DNA of 64,000 nucleotides. It comes from an uncultured Spirochaetota bacterium. Lineage in GTDB: Bacteria > Spirochaetota > Spirochaetia > SZUA-6 > CAVTHK01. Location of the stretch: the NCBI GenBank assembly GCA_963734495.1, contig CAVTHK010000015.1, positions 1-64,000 on the forward strand. Direction: 5' to 3'. The first letter of the stretch is position 1. The number at the start of each line of letters is the position of its first letter. This document shows positions 54,875 through 64,000 of the stretch, in pieces. The position numbers and the translations under genes were made by a program. Under the pieces are notes generated by a model, which had not been told where the DNA came from, did no database searches, and saw nothing but the letters and a program-made list of their open reading frames with translations.

Positions 54875-54986
54875 CGGGCAAGCCTTCCTTCTTTCCCAGT
54901 ATCGGCACGGCCGGCGTGCCGCCGCGAGGGCGGGGAGAAAAGCACGAGGGACCCCGGGCCCGTATCTTGACGTGAGGGAGAAGCGA

Positions 54987-56231
54987 ATGGCGAAAGAAGC
55001 TCAGGCACCTCGCGAGGACAGGCTCAAGGCGCTGGAGTCGGCGAGGCTCCAGATCGAGCGCCAGTTCGGCAAGGGCGCCCTGATGCAGCTCGGCGAGAAC
55101 GCCGCCGACATGGAGATCGACATCATCCCTTCGGGCTCCGTGCTCCTCGATGCCGCGCTCGGCGTCGGGGGATACCCGCGCGGCCGCATCATCGAGATCT
55201 ACGGCCCGGAGTCGTCGGGCAAGACCACCCTGGCGCTGCAGGCCATCGGAGAGTCGCAGAAGCAGGGCGGCATCGCCGCGTTCGTGGACGCGGAGCACGC
55301 CCTCGACCCGATCTACGCGTCGCACATCGGCGTGAACATCGACGATCTCTGGGTATCCCAGCCCGACACGGGCGAGCAGGCCCTGGAGATCGTCGAGGCC
55401 CTGGTCCGCTCAGGGGCGGTGGACATCGTCGTCGTGGACTCGGTGGCCGCGCTTACCCCGCGCGCCGAGATCGAGGGCGAGATGGGCGACGCCCACATGG
55501 GGCTGCAGGCGCGCCTCATGAGCCAGGCGCTGCGCAAGCTCACGGCCACGGTCTCCAAGTCCAACACCTGCCTCGTCTTTATCAACCAGATCCGCATGAA
55601 GATCGGCGTGATGTTCGGCAACCCGGAGACCACCACCGGGGGCCGCGCTCTCAAATTCTACGCCTCGGTGCGCCTCGAGGTGCGGCGCATCGAGACCATC
55701 GAGAAGAGCTCCGACGAGGCGGTCGGGAACAGGGTGCGCATCAAGGTCGTCAAGAACAAGGTGGCGCCGCCCTTCCGCCAGGTCGAGGTGGACATGATGT
55801 TCGGCGAAGGACTGTCGACCAGCGGCAGCCTCCTCGACGCCGCCGTGCAGAACAACATCATCGAGAAGAGCGGCTCGTGGTACTCCTACGGCAAGGAGCG
55901 CATCGGACAGGGCCGCGACGCCGCCAAGAAGTTCCTCCAGGAGCACCAGGACCTCGCGCAGAAAATGGACGCGGAAGTGCGCAAGATCCTGCTGCCCGAG
56001 CGCAAGCGGAAGGCCGCGCCCGAGGCGGCCGTCCCCGCCGGCGCGCCCGAGGCGGCGGCGGTCGCCGAGCCGTCGGCAGAGCCCGCAGCGCCGCCTGCCG
56101 CCGCGCATCCGGCCCGTCGCGCGGCGCCGGCAAAGGCCGCGGCCAAGGAGCCCAGGGACTCCCGGGAGACCAAGGACCCCAAGGAGGCCAGGGAGGGCAA
56201 GGAGTCCACGGAGGCCAAGGAGCTGTTCTGA
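54987..56231 (+). CDS. recA: Recombinase RecA with long C-terminal tail
   Basis: [58 protein letters not shown]. Confidence 0.98.
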   Translation: MAKEAQAPREDRLKALESARLQIERQFGKGALMQLGENAADMEIDIIPSGSVLLDAALGVGGYPRGRIIEIYGPESSGKTTLALQAIGESQKQGGIAAFVDAEHALDPIYASHIGVNIDDLWVSQPDTGEQALEIVEALVRSGAVDIVVVDSVAALTPRAEIEGEMGDAHMGLQARLMSQALRKLTATVSKSNTCLVFINQIRMKIGVMFGNPETTTGGRALKFYASVRLEVRRIETIEKSSDEAVGNRVRIKVVKNKVAPPFRQVEVDMMFGEGLSTSGSLLDAAVQNNIIEKSGSWYSYGKERIGQGRDAAKKFLQEHQDLAQKMDAEVRKILLPERKRKAAPEAAVPAGAPEAAAVAEPSAEPAAPPAAAHPARRAAPAKAAAKEPRDSRETKDPKEAREGKESTEAKELF

Positions 56232-56728
56232 GCGCTTTCGAGGTCTACCTCGGCCTGGGATCGAACCTCGGGGACCGCGAGCTGAACCTCAAGCGGGCCC
56301 TGGACCGCGTGTCTGAGCTCCTGGGCGGCCTGCGCGCAGCGCCTGCCTATGAAACGGAGCCACTCGAGGGCGCCGGACCGGGGCTGTTCCTGAACACGGT
56401 CGCCTCGGGCTGGACGGCCGTCGATGCCGCGGCGCTGCTCGAGAGGCTCAACGCGATCGAGCTCGACCTGGGCAGGCGCCGGGAGCCCGGCGGCGGCAAG
56501 CGGCCGCGGACGATCGACATCGACGTGCTGCTGTTCGCGGACCGGGTCGACGACGACCCCCGCCTGACCCTGCCGCACCCGAGGATGCACGAGCGGGCGT
56601 TCGTCCTGGTGCCGCTGCTCGACCTCGCGCCGACGCTGGCCGATCCGCGCAGCGGGCGGCCGTACCGCTCGTGGCTGGCCGCGTGCGCGGGACCGCGCAT
56701 CGCGGCCGGCAGTGGAAGGAGTCTTTGA
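56228..56728 (+). CDS. folK: 2-amino-4-hydroxy-6-hydroxymethyldihydropteridine diphosphokinase (start codon unclear)
   Basis: [41 protein letters not shown]. Confidence 0.93.
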   Translation: MSAFEVYLGLGSNLGDRELNLKRALDRVSELLGGLRAAPAYETEPLEGAGPGLFLNTVASGWTAVDAAALLERLNAIELDLGRRREPGGGKRPRTIDIDVLLFADRVDDDPRLTLPHPRMHERAFVLVPLLDLAPTLADPRSGRPYRSWLAACAGPRIAAGSGRSL

Positions 56729-57489
56729 TGTCGGACAATACGGCCGGGGGCACGCCGAGCGCCGCGACGCAGCGCTTCAGTCTCGGCGAGTTCGAAGGGC
56801 CGCTGGACCTGCTCCTGTTCCTGATCCGCAAGAACGAGGTCAACATCTACGACATCCCGATCGCCGAGATCACCGAGCAGTACCTGGCGTACCTGCAGTA
56901 TGCGACCCGCGTCGACCTGGACAACATCACGGAGTTCTACCTGATGGCGGCGACGCTGCTCTACATCAAGTCGCGGATGCTGCTGCCGGTCGAGCTCGAG
57001 CTCGACGACGAGCTCGAGGACCCGCGCAAGGTGCTGGTGGAGCAGCTCGTCGAGTACCAGAGGTACAAGAAGCTCAGCGACCTGATCGCCCAGGCGCAGG
57101 ACGAGAGCGAGTACACGATCGAGCGGCGCCGCGATCAGATCGGCCTGCCGTTCCAGGACGACGACCTCTGGGAGGACGTCGCGGTCTGGGACCTGCTCAA
57201 GGTGTTCTCGCGATTGATCTCCTCGATCTCGGACGAGAGGGTCTTCGACCTCTACGAACAGGTCACGGTCAACGAGAAGATCACGCTCATCAACGAAATC
57301 CTCGGCGAGCGGTCGGAGTTCACGTTTGCGGAGCTGATCGCGAGGGGGCGGCGCACGGTGCTCGAGATCGTCTGCAGCCTCCTCGCGCTGCTGGAGCTGA
57401 TCAAGAGCCGGGTGCTCGTCGTGCAGCAGAACCGCCTGTTCGGCGACATCCGCATCATCAAGAGGGAAAACGGCAGTGGACTTCAGTAG
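56728..57489 (+). CDS. scpA: Segregation/condensation protein A
   Basis: FEGPLDLLLFLI, ITEQYL, MAATLLYIKSRMLLP, LALLEL, QNRLFGDI. Confidence 0.95.
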   Translation: MSDNTAGGTPSAATQRFSLGEFEGPLDLLLFLIRKNEVNIYDIPIAEITEQYLAYLQYATRVDLDNITEFYLMAATLLYIKSRMLLPVELELDDELEDPRKVLVEQLVEYQRYKKLSDLIAQAQDESEYTIERRRDQIGLPFQDDDLWEDVAVWDLLKVFSRLISSISDERVFDLYEQVTVNEKITLINEILGERSEFTFAELIARGRRTVLEIVCSLLALLELIKSRVLVVQQNRLFGDIRIIKRENGSGLQ

Positions 57490-58015
57490 GGAGGCCGCCA
57501 TCGTCGAAGCGGTGCTGTTCCTCGAGGGCGAGCCCATGGAGCTCGCCCAGATCGTGCGAGCGACCGGGCTGGGTCGCGAGGCGGTCGCCGAGGCGCTCTC
57601 GCTCCTCAGGCAGGAGTACCAGGGCGACCACCACGGCCTGGAGGTCGTCGAGATCGGCGGCGGATTCGGGTTCGCGCCGAAAAAGGCGTACTGGGAATCG
57701 CTGCGCGAGCGCTACGGCCGCAAGAACGACAAGCGGCTGTCGCGGGCGGCCCTGGAGACCCTGGCGATCATCGCCTACACGCAGCCCGTCACGAAGGCCG
57801 AGGTCGAGAGCATCCGGGGCGTCACCGCCGACGGCATGATCAAGCTGCTCATCGAGCGCAGCCTCATCGAGACGGCGGGCAAGAAGGACGCGCCCGGAAA
57901 GCCCGTCCAGTACCGGACGACCAGGGAGTTCCTGCGGGTCTTCCGCCTGGCGAGCATCGCCGACCTCCCCAAGATGGACGACCTCGACGAGGAGCGTTTC
58001 GCCGCCTATGAGTGA
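57476..58015 (+). CDS. scpB: Segregation/condensation protein B
   Basis: VEAVLF, LSRAALETLAIIAYTQPVTKAEVESIRGV, YRTTREFLRVF. Confidence 0.95.
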   Translation: MDFSREAAIVEAVLFLEGEPMELAQIVRATGLGREAVAEALSLLRQEYQGDHHGLEVVEIGGGFGFAPKKAYWESLRERYGRKNDKRLSRAALETLAIIAYTQPVTKAEVESIRGVTADGMIKLLIERSLIETAGKKDAPGKPVQYRTTREFLRVFRLASIADLPKMDDLDEERFAAYE

Positions 58016-58760
58016 GCCGCGGGAGGAGGAGGCGAGGGGCGTTCGGCTGCAGGTCTACATGGCGCGCTGCGGCGTCGGCTCGCGCCGCCGCTGCGAGGAG
58101 ATCATCGCCGCCGGGGCCGTCGCGGTGAACGGGACGAGAGTCACCACGCAGGGCACGCGCGTGGCGCCCGGGCGACGTCGTCACGTGGAACGGCCGCAAG
58201 CTGTCGCCCGTCGCGCCGCATGCTGTACATCGCGCTCAACAAGCCCCGGCAGTACCTGTGCGCCAATCACGACGACGCAGGGGAGGCCCCTGGCGATCGA
58301 CCTCCTCAAGGGCGCGGTGACGACGCGGCTGTTCCACGTCGGCCGCCTCGACTTCCTCTCGACGGGGCTCATCCTGTACACCAACGACGGCGAGTTCGCG
58401 AGGATCGCGGCCCACCCGTCGTCGCGGGTGCCCAAGGAGTACATGGTCGATACGGTCCAGGCCTCTGACCGACGAGCAGCTCGAGCGCTACCGCCGCGGC
58501 GTCCGCGGCGAAAAGGGGCAGTACCGGCTGGTGAGCTGGAAGCGCCTCGACCCGCGGCGCGTGGTCCTCGTCCTCGAGGAGGGGCGCAACCGCGAGATCC
58601 GCGAGGTGCTGCGGCATCTTCGGCGTGCAGGCGCGCCACGTGCACCGCATCCGCATCGGGCCGGTGAGCGTCAAGGGCCTGGCCGCCGGGCAGTTCCGGC
58701 ACCTGAGGCCGCGCGAGGTCGCCTGGTTCCTGCGGCCTCGGCTCCGACAGGAGCTGAAGA
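58008..58760 (+). CDS. rluB: RsuA/RluB-family pseudouridine synthase (frameshifted; end approximate)
   Basis: RLQVYMARCGVGSRR S4 domain, LNKP, VGRLDFLSTGL, TNDG, EGRNREIR, HRIRIG. Confidence 0.88.
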
Positions 58761-58814
58761 GGCGGCCGCTCGCCGGCGCTCCGCCGTCTCCGCGATTTCG
58801 CCGACCCGGGGAGC

Positions 58815-58843
58815 TTGACCATCGCGGCGCTTTGTGGGACACT
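58815..58843 (+). promoter_or_regulatory. Candidate promoter of rpsA
   Basis: TTGACC-N17-GACACT with TG just upstream of the -10. Confidence 0.4.
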
Positions 58844-58878
58844 TGTTTAAAGGCTTACACGGGAGTAATTGGCGGGAT

Positions 58879-60586
58879 ATGTCGGACGAGAACGCGAACG
58901 CACTTGACCAGATGGCGGAGGGTCAACTCGAGGAGCAGTATTTCAAGTCCCTCCAGGGCCTCGAAGAAGGCCAGATGATCGCGGGAACCGTTGTCCAGAT
59001 CAGCGCGGACAACGTGTTCGTCGACATCGGCTACAAGTCCGAGGGCAAGATCCCGATCGGCGAGTTCCAGACGCTGCCCAAGATCGGCGAGCAGGTCCAG
59101 GTGGTCCTGGTCCGCAAGGAGAGCCGGGACGGCTCGATCGCCGTGTCGAAGGCCAAGGCCGACGAGAAGATCTTCTGGCGCAACCTCCGCAAGGCCCACG
59201 CCGAAAAACTGCCGATCGACGGCAAGATCGTCGCAGCAGGTCAAGGGCGGTTACAGCGTCGATATGGGAAGCGGTGTCACCGGATTCCTCCCGCTTTCCA
59301 AGACCGACGTCTACCGCGTCAACAACGTCGAGGAGTACGTCGGCGTCGAGAGCAAGTTCGCCATCGAGCGACTCTTCTCCAACGGCAAGGTGAACATCGT
59401 CCTCTCGCGCCGCGCGTGGCTCGAGGAAGAGTACAAGCGCAAGCGCGAGGAGTTCTTCGCCAAGACGCAGATCGGCGACGAGGTCGAAGGGCGGGTCAAG
59501 AGCTTCACGTCCTTCGGCGCCTTCATCGACCTCGGCGGTTTCGACGGGCTTCTGCACATCAACGACATGAGCTGGGGCCACGTCAACACGCCCAAGGAAA
59601 AGGTGACCCTGGGCGACAAGATACGGCTCAAGGTCATCAATCTCGACCCCGAGAACCAGAGGATCAACCTCAGCCTCAAGCACTTCACGGAAGACCCGTG
59701 GAACCGCTTCGAGGAGAAGTTCCAGAGCGGCGACGTCGTCCACGGCACCGTCACCAAGCTCACCGACTTCGGCGCCTTTATCGAGCTCGAGGAAGGCATC
59801 GAAGGTCTCGCTCACATCTCGGAGTTCTCGTGGGTCAGGCGGGTCCGCCACCCGAGAGAGGTGCTGCACGTCGGCGACAGCGTCGACGTCAAGATCCTCG
59901 ATTACGACGTGACGCAGGGCAAGGTCTCGCTCGGCCTCAAGCAGGTGCACGCCAACCCCTGGAGCGACATCGACGCCCGTTTCCCCGTCGGCATGCGGAT
60001 CCGGCGCAAGGTCAAGAACCTCGCCGCCTTCGGCGCGTTCTTCGAGGTCGAGGAGGGGATCGACGGCCTGCTGCACCTCGACGACTTCTCCTGGACCAAG
60101 CACCACAAGCACCCCTCGGAGGTCCTCAAGGAGGGCGACGAGGTCGAGGTCATGGTCATCGGCATCGACAAGGAGTCGCAGCGGATCAGGCTGGGGCTCA
60201 AGCAGCTCGACGAGGACCCGTGGCGCAGCCTGCAGAAGGCGTTCCCGCGCGGGCAGCGTCATCGAGGGCGTGGTCACGCGGACGGCGGACTTCGGCGTGT
60301 TCGTCAAGGTGCAGGGCGACATCGAGGGGCTGATCGCCAACAAGAGCCTCTACGACGCGCGCAACGAGACGCTCGAGGAGGTCCTGGCCTCCCTCAAGGA
60401 AGGGCGAACCGATCAAGGTCCGTCGTCATCGAGGTCAACCCGTCGCGTCAGAAGCTCGGCCTGTCCCGCGTGGACTTCATCAGGCGGGTCCACGACGAGG
60501 AGATGTCGAAGTACCTGCAGTCCGAGGGTGCGAGCGACAAGGTGACGCTGGGAGATCTGCTCAAGGACAAGCTGTCAGACTCCTAA
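58879..60586 (+). CDS. rpsA: 30S ribosomal protein S1 (frameshifted)
   Basis: VDIGYKSEG, FGAFIDLGGFDGLLHINDMSW, FGAFIELEEGIEGLAHISE; repeated S1 domains. Confidence 0.96.
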
Positions 60587-60598
60587 GAAGTCGCCCCT

Positions 60599-62115
60599 AT
60601 GCTCAGCGGCAGCGTCGATCGCGAGAGGCTCGAAACCCTAATCGAGATCAACACGCTCATCAACTCGAACTACACGGACCTGACCGTGCTGCTGACCCGC
60701 ATCATCGAGAGCGCGACCAGGCTGACGATGGGCGAAGCCTCGTCGCTGCTCCTCCTGAACCCCGCGAACAACCGGCTCTACTTCGAGATCGCGCTGGGCA
60801 CCAAGGCCGCCGACGTCAAGCGCTTCTCGCTCGACATGGGCGAGGGGATCGCGGGCTGGGTGGCGGCCGAACAACACCTCGGTGGTCGTCAACGACGTGG
60901 AGCAGGACGACCGGTTCGACGACGAGATCGCCAGGACCGTCGGGATTCCCGACGACTTCGATCCTGTGCGTGCCGATGCAGCTCAAGGGACGCTGCGTCG
61001 GCGTGATCGAGATCATCAACAAGGCCGGGGGGCTCAAGTTCACCGAAGACGACCTGCAGTGGCTGGAGGTGTTCGCCACGCAGGCGGCCATCGCGATCCA
61101 GAACGCCCAGGCCTACCAGCAGGTCCAGGAGGAGATCCTTCTCCTCAACGAGCAGATCCAGGCGGACAAGGGCTTTCACACCCTCGTGGCGGTGAGCCCG
61201 GCGATCAAGGAGAAGCTGGCGATCGTCGGAGAGGGCCGCCGCGACCGACTCGACGGTGCTGCTCCTCGGCGAGAGCGGGGTGGGCAAGGAGCTGTTCGCC
61301 GAGCAGATCCACCTCAAGAGCCGCAGGCGGGACGCCGCCGTTCGTGCGCGTCAATTGCGCGGCGCTCCCGGAGCCGCTGCTGGAAAGCGAGCTCTTCGGG
61401 CACGTCAAGGGCGCGTTCACCGACGCGACGCGCGACCGCCGGGGCCGCTTCGAGCTGGCCGACGGGGGGACGCTGTTCCTCGACGAGATCGGCGAGCTGC
61501 CCCTGGGCGTACAGGCCAAGCTGCTGCGAGTGCTGCAGCAGAAGACCTTCGAGAAGGTGGGATCCAGCAACCCGACCACCGTGGACGTGAGGCTCATCGC
61601 GGCGACGAACAAGGACATCGAGCGCAGCGTGGCCGAGAAGAGCTTCCGCGCGGACCTCTACTACCGGCTGAACGTCCTGCCCATCGCCATACCGCCGCTG
61701 CGCGAGCGCAGGGAGGACATCCCGGAGCTGGCGCGGTTCTTCCTCACGAAGTTCCGGCACGACACGAAGAAGCAGATCCGCGGCTTCTCGGACGAGGCCA
61801 TGGAAGCGCTGCTCGCGCTGTCACTGGCCGGGGAACGTGCGCGAGCTCGAGAACGCGGTCGAGCGGGCCGTGGTGACGTGCGCCGGCGACCTCATCGGGC
61901 CGGACGACCTCGTCCTCAACGCGGGCGCCAGGTCCGCGCAGGACGCCTACCTGAACAAGCCGCTGAAGGGCGCCGTCAACCTCTTCAAGAAGCACTACAT
62001 CGCGGGCGTCCTGCAGGAGCACGACTGGAACCAGACCAGGGCCGCGCGCGCTCTCGGAGTCCAGAGGACCTATCTCTCCAGGCTCATCAAGGAGCTGGAG
62101 ATCAGCAGAACATGA
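60599..62115 (+). CDS. GAF-domain sigma54-dependent transcriptional activator (frameshifted)
   Basis: [64 protein letters not shown]. Confidence 0.92.
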
Positions 62116-62205
62116 CGGGCGCGGCCGGCCGGGCGCGCCGCGGCGCAGGGGGCCAGCGATGCCCCGGCGCGGAGGTCTCGCGCCGGCGCCGTCGAGGAGC
62201 AGGTG

Positions 62206-62895
62206 ATGCGTGAAGAAGGTGAAGCTCAACAGCGTCTCGCGACCAGGATCGCCGGGATCGTGGAGGCCCTCAGGGTGCCCCTGATGGTCGTCCTGGCAGT
62301 CGTCGTCGTCGGTGTCGTCGCGTACTTCGTGTACGCACAGGCCGCGGCAGGCGCGCGCGAGCGCGCGGCCATGCTCCTCGAGCAGGCGGACAACCAGTTC
62401 TCGCAGTGGCGCGGCGAGCAGGATGCGCAGAAGAAGGACAAGCTCGAGGCGGATCTGCGCAAGAACCTCGAGACCCTGCGCAAGAGCGGCGGTTACTCGG
62501 CGCAGAGGGGCCTCTACATCCTCGGCCAGCTCGAGGCGGAAAAGGGGAACAAGCAGGCGGCCTTCGAGGCCTACAACGCCCTCGCCGCGAGCGAGGACCG
62601 CAGTTATCTGGGCATGGAAGGGCTGATCAACGCCGCGGTCTTCGCCGAGGACCTGGGCCAGACCGACAAGGCGCTCGAGCTCTACCGCAGGATCATCGAC
62701 AAGCATCCCAACACCCCGCACGCGGCGCACGCGTATTTCGCCGTGGGGCGGATGCTCGAAATCAAGGGCGATTTCAAGAGCGCGGCGGCGACGTACACCG
62801 AGATGCGGACGAAGTACCCCTCGAGCAGTTGGACGAACCTCGCCGTGGACCGTATAATAGCGCTCCAGGCAGGCGGCAAGGTCGGCAAGCAATAG
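62206..62895 (+). CDS. Membrane-anchored TPR protein (YfgM-like)
   Basis: Single TM followed by TPR helices, [21 protein letters not shown]. Confidence 0.75.
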   Translation: MREEGEAQQRLATRIAGIVEALRVPLMVVLAVVVVGVVAYFVYAQAAAGARERAAMLLEQADNQFSQWRGEQDAQKKDKLEADLRKNLETLRKSGGYSAQRGLYILGQLEAEKGNKQAAFEAYNALAASEDRSYLGMEGLINAAVFAEDLGQTDKALELYRRIIDKHPNTPHAAHAYFAVGRMLEIKGDFKSAAATYTEMRTKYPSSSWTNLAVDRIIALQAGGKVGKQ

Positions 62896-62929
62896 GCTGC
62901 CGGCTCGAGCCGGATCGCGGGAGGCATCC

Positions 62930-64000
62930 ATGGCCGGCAGGCGCTCACGAATCCTCGAAGCCCGCTACCTTCGGCCTGGTCATCGGCGCCGTCGTCTTTG
63001 CCCTCATGTATCTCCTCACCTTCGGGACGGCCGTGATCCGCAACGTCGAGGAGAACGTGTTCCTCGACGTGTGGTTCAACTGGAAGCTCACGTTTCGCGG
63101 CCAGACCGTCCAGGAGGGGGTGACTCTCAAGACGCGGAACCCCTACATCTCCCCCGACATCCTGATCGTGGGCATCGACAACCGCAGCCTGCAGCGCTAC
63201 GGCAAGTGGCCCTTTCCGCGCTCAGTCCACGCGGGGCTGATCAACAGCTTTACCCGCATCCAGCAGCAGGGCGAGCGCGAGCGCTCGTTGTTCCTGGACA
63301 TCAACTTCATCGAGCCGGACGTCGAGGCGCCGGAGAACGACGCGCTGCTCGTCAAGAGCATCCGCGAAAACGGGCGGGTGTTCCTCGACACGTTCCTCCA
63401 GCCGGGCGAGGCCTCCGGCTCGTTTGGTCAGGATCAGATGGGGCGGCAGAAGACCCTGATGGAGCGCTACGGCGAGATCACCCGCATCACGGGCGACATC
63501 TCCAGGGTCGTCACCTTCCGCAGCGCCGAGGCGCCCGCTCAAGCCCTACGCCCGCGCCGCCCGGGGCTACGGGAACGCGAGCTATGTCGAAGACGTGGAC
63601 AACGTGTTCCGCAGGCAGCCGCTCATCGCGCGGCTGGCCGAGCCGATCGAGGACATCGACGTGGCGTCGCTCACCACCGGGACGACGGTCGACGCCGCCG
63701 CGTTCGAGCGGCTCGGCTGGTACGACAAGGATGGGATCTCCCACACCGTGGCGCTTCCGCTCACGGAGCAGACGCTCGACGAGCTGCGGAAGGAGATGGC
63801 CCGCCGCGCGCCTGGCCGCGGCGACGACACCAATGGCGACGGAAAGCCCGACACCTACCGCTATTTCGTGCGGCGCTATCGCGACCACTTCGTGCCGGCG
63901 ATCACCCTGTCGCTCACGCTGGAGTATGTGAACCGCAAGCCGTCCGACGTCGAGGTGGTGCTGGGCAAGCACATCCGCATCCCGCAGCCTCAGGAGTTCA
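62930..64000 (+). CDS. CHASE2-domain protein, probably adenylate/guanylate cyclase; partial, frameshifted
   Basis: TM then LDVWFNWK..ILIVGIDNRSLQRYGKWPFPRSVHA..LFLDINF..D(V)DNVFRRQPL; catalytic domain lies beyond the window. Confidence 0.8.

Overview
High-GC metagenomic-type contig that appears chimeric. Bases 1-~3830 carry an actinobacterial-like (Thermoleophilia/Gaiellales-type) block: recG 3' half, DUF2277, rsmD, coaD, a DivIVA-like gene and a dimethylformamidase-beta-like gene. This block is joined mid-gene, at a short GCGAC overlap, to a spirochaete chromosome segment: cca, flaB with a sigma28 promoter and CsrA hairpin, thiN, HIT, Fe-ADH, glgA, map ... tRNA-Tyr, mltG-dnaG-rpoD-Zn ribbon-rnpB-TPR-mreBCD-mrdA-rodA, radical SAM, mazG, rpe, recA-folK-scpAB-rluB-rpsA, a sigma54 activator and a partial CHASE2 gene. 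Many essential genes contain single-base frameshifts, best explained as long-read indel errors, so coordinates of those genes are approximate. A ~21 kb accessory stretch lies between tRNA-Thr(TGT) and tRNA-Tyr(GTA). It contains: (i) a tRNA-Thr split at the T-loop by a 1.9 kb integrase-less insert, with the missing 3' end at 13301-13320; (ii) orphan lipoproteins, one with a G15 tract at the ribosome-binding position, and a Sel1 gene bracketed by 27-nt direct repeats; (iii) a sigma54-driven sugar ABC operon with its own histidine kinase, NtrC-type regulator and candidate enhancer; (iv) an unannotated 48-aa basic ORF; (v) an extracytosolic flavinylation module (FMN-binding protein plus RnfD/NqrB-FNR fusion) followed by an unknown four-helix, four-His membrane protein; (vi) an aldolase-GH39-CUT1 ABC carbohydrate cluster. 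No CRISPR array, integrase or transposase was seen. All calls come from reading the sequence by eye; no database searches were run.
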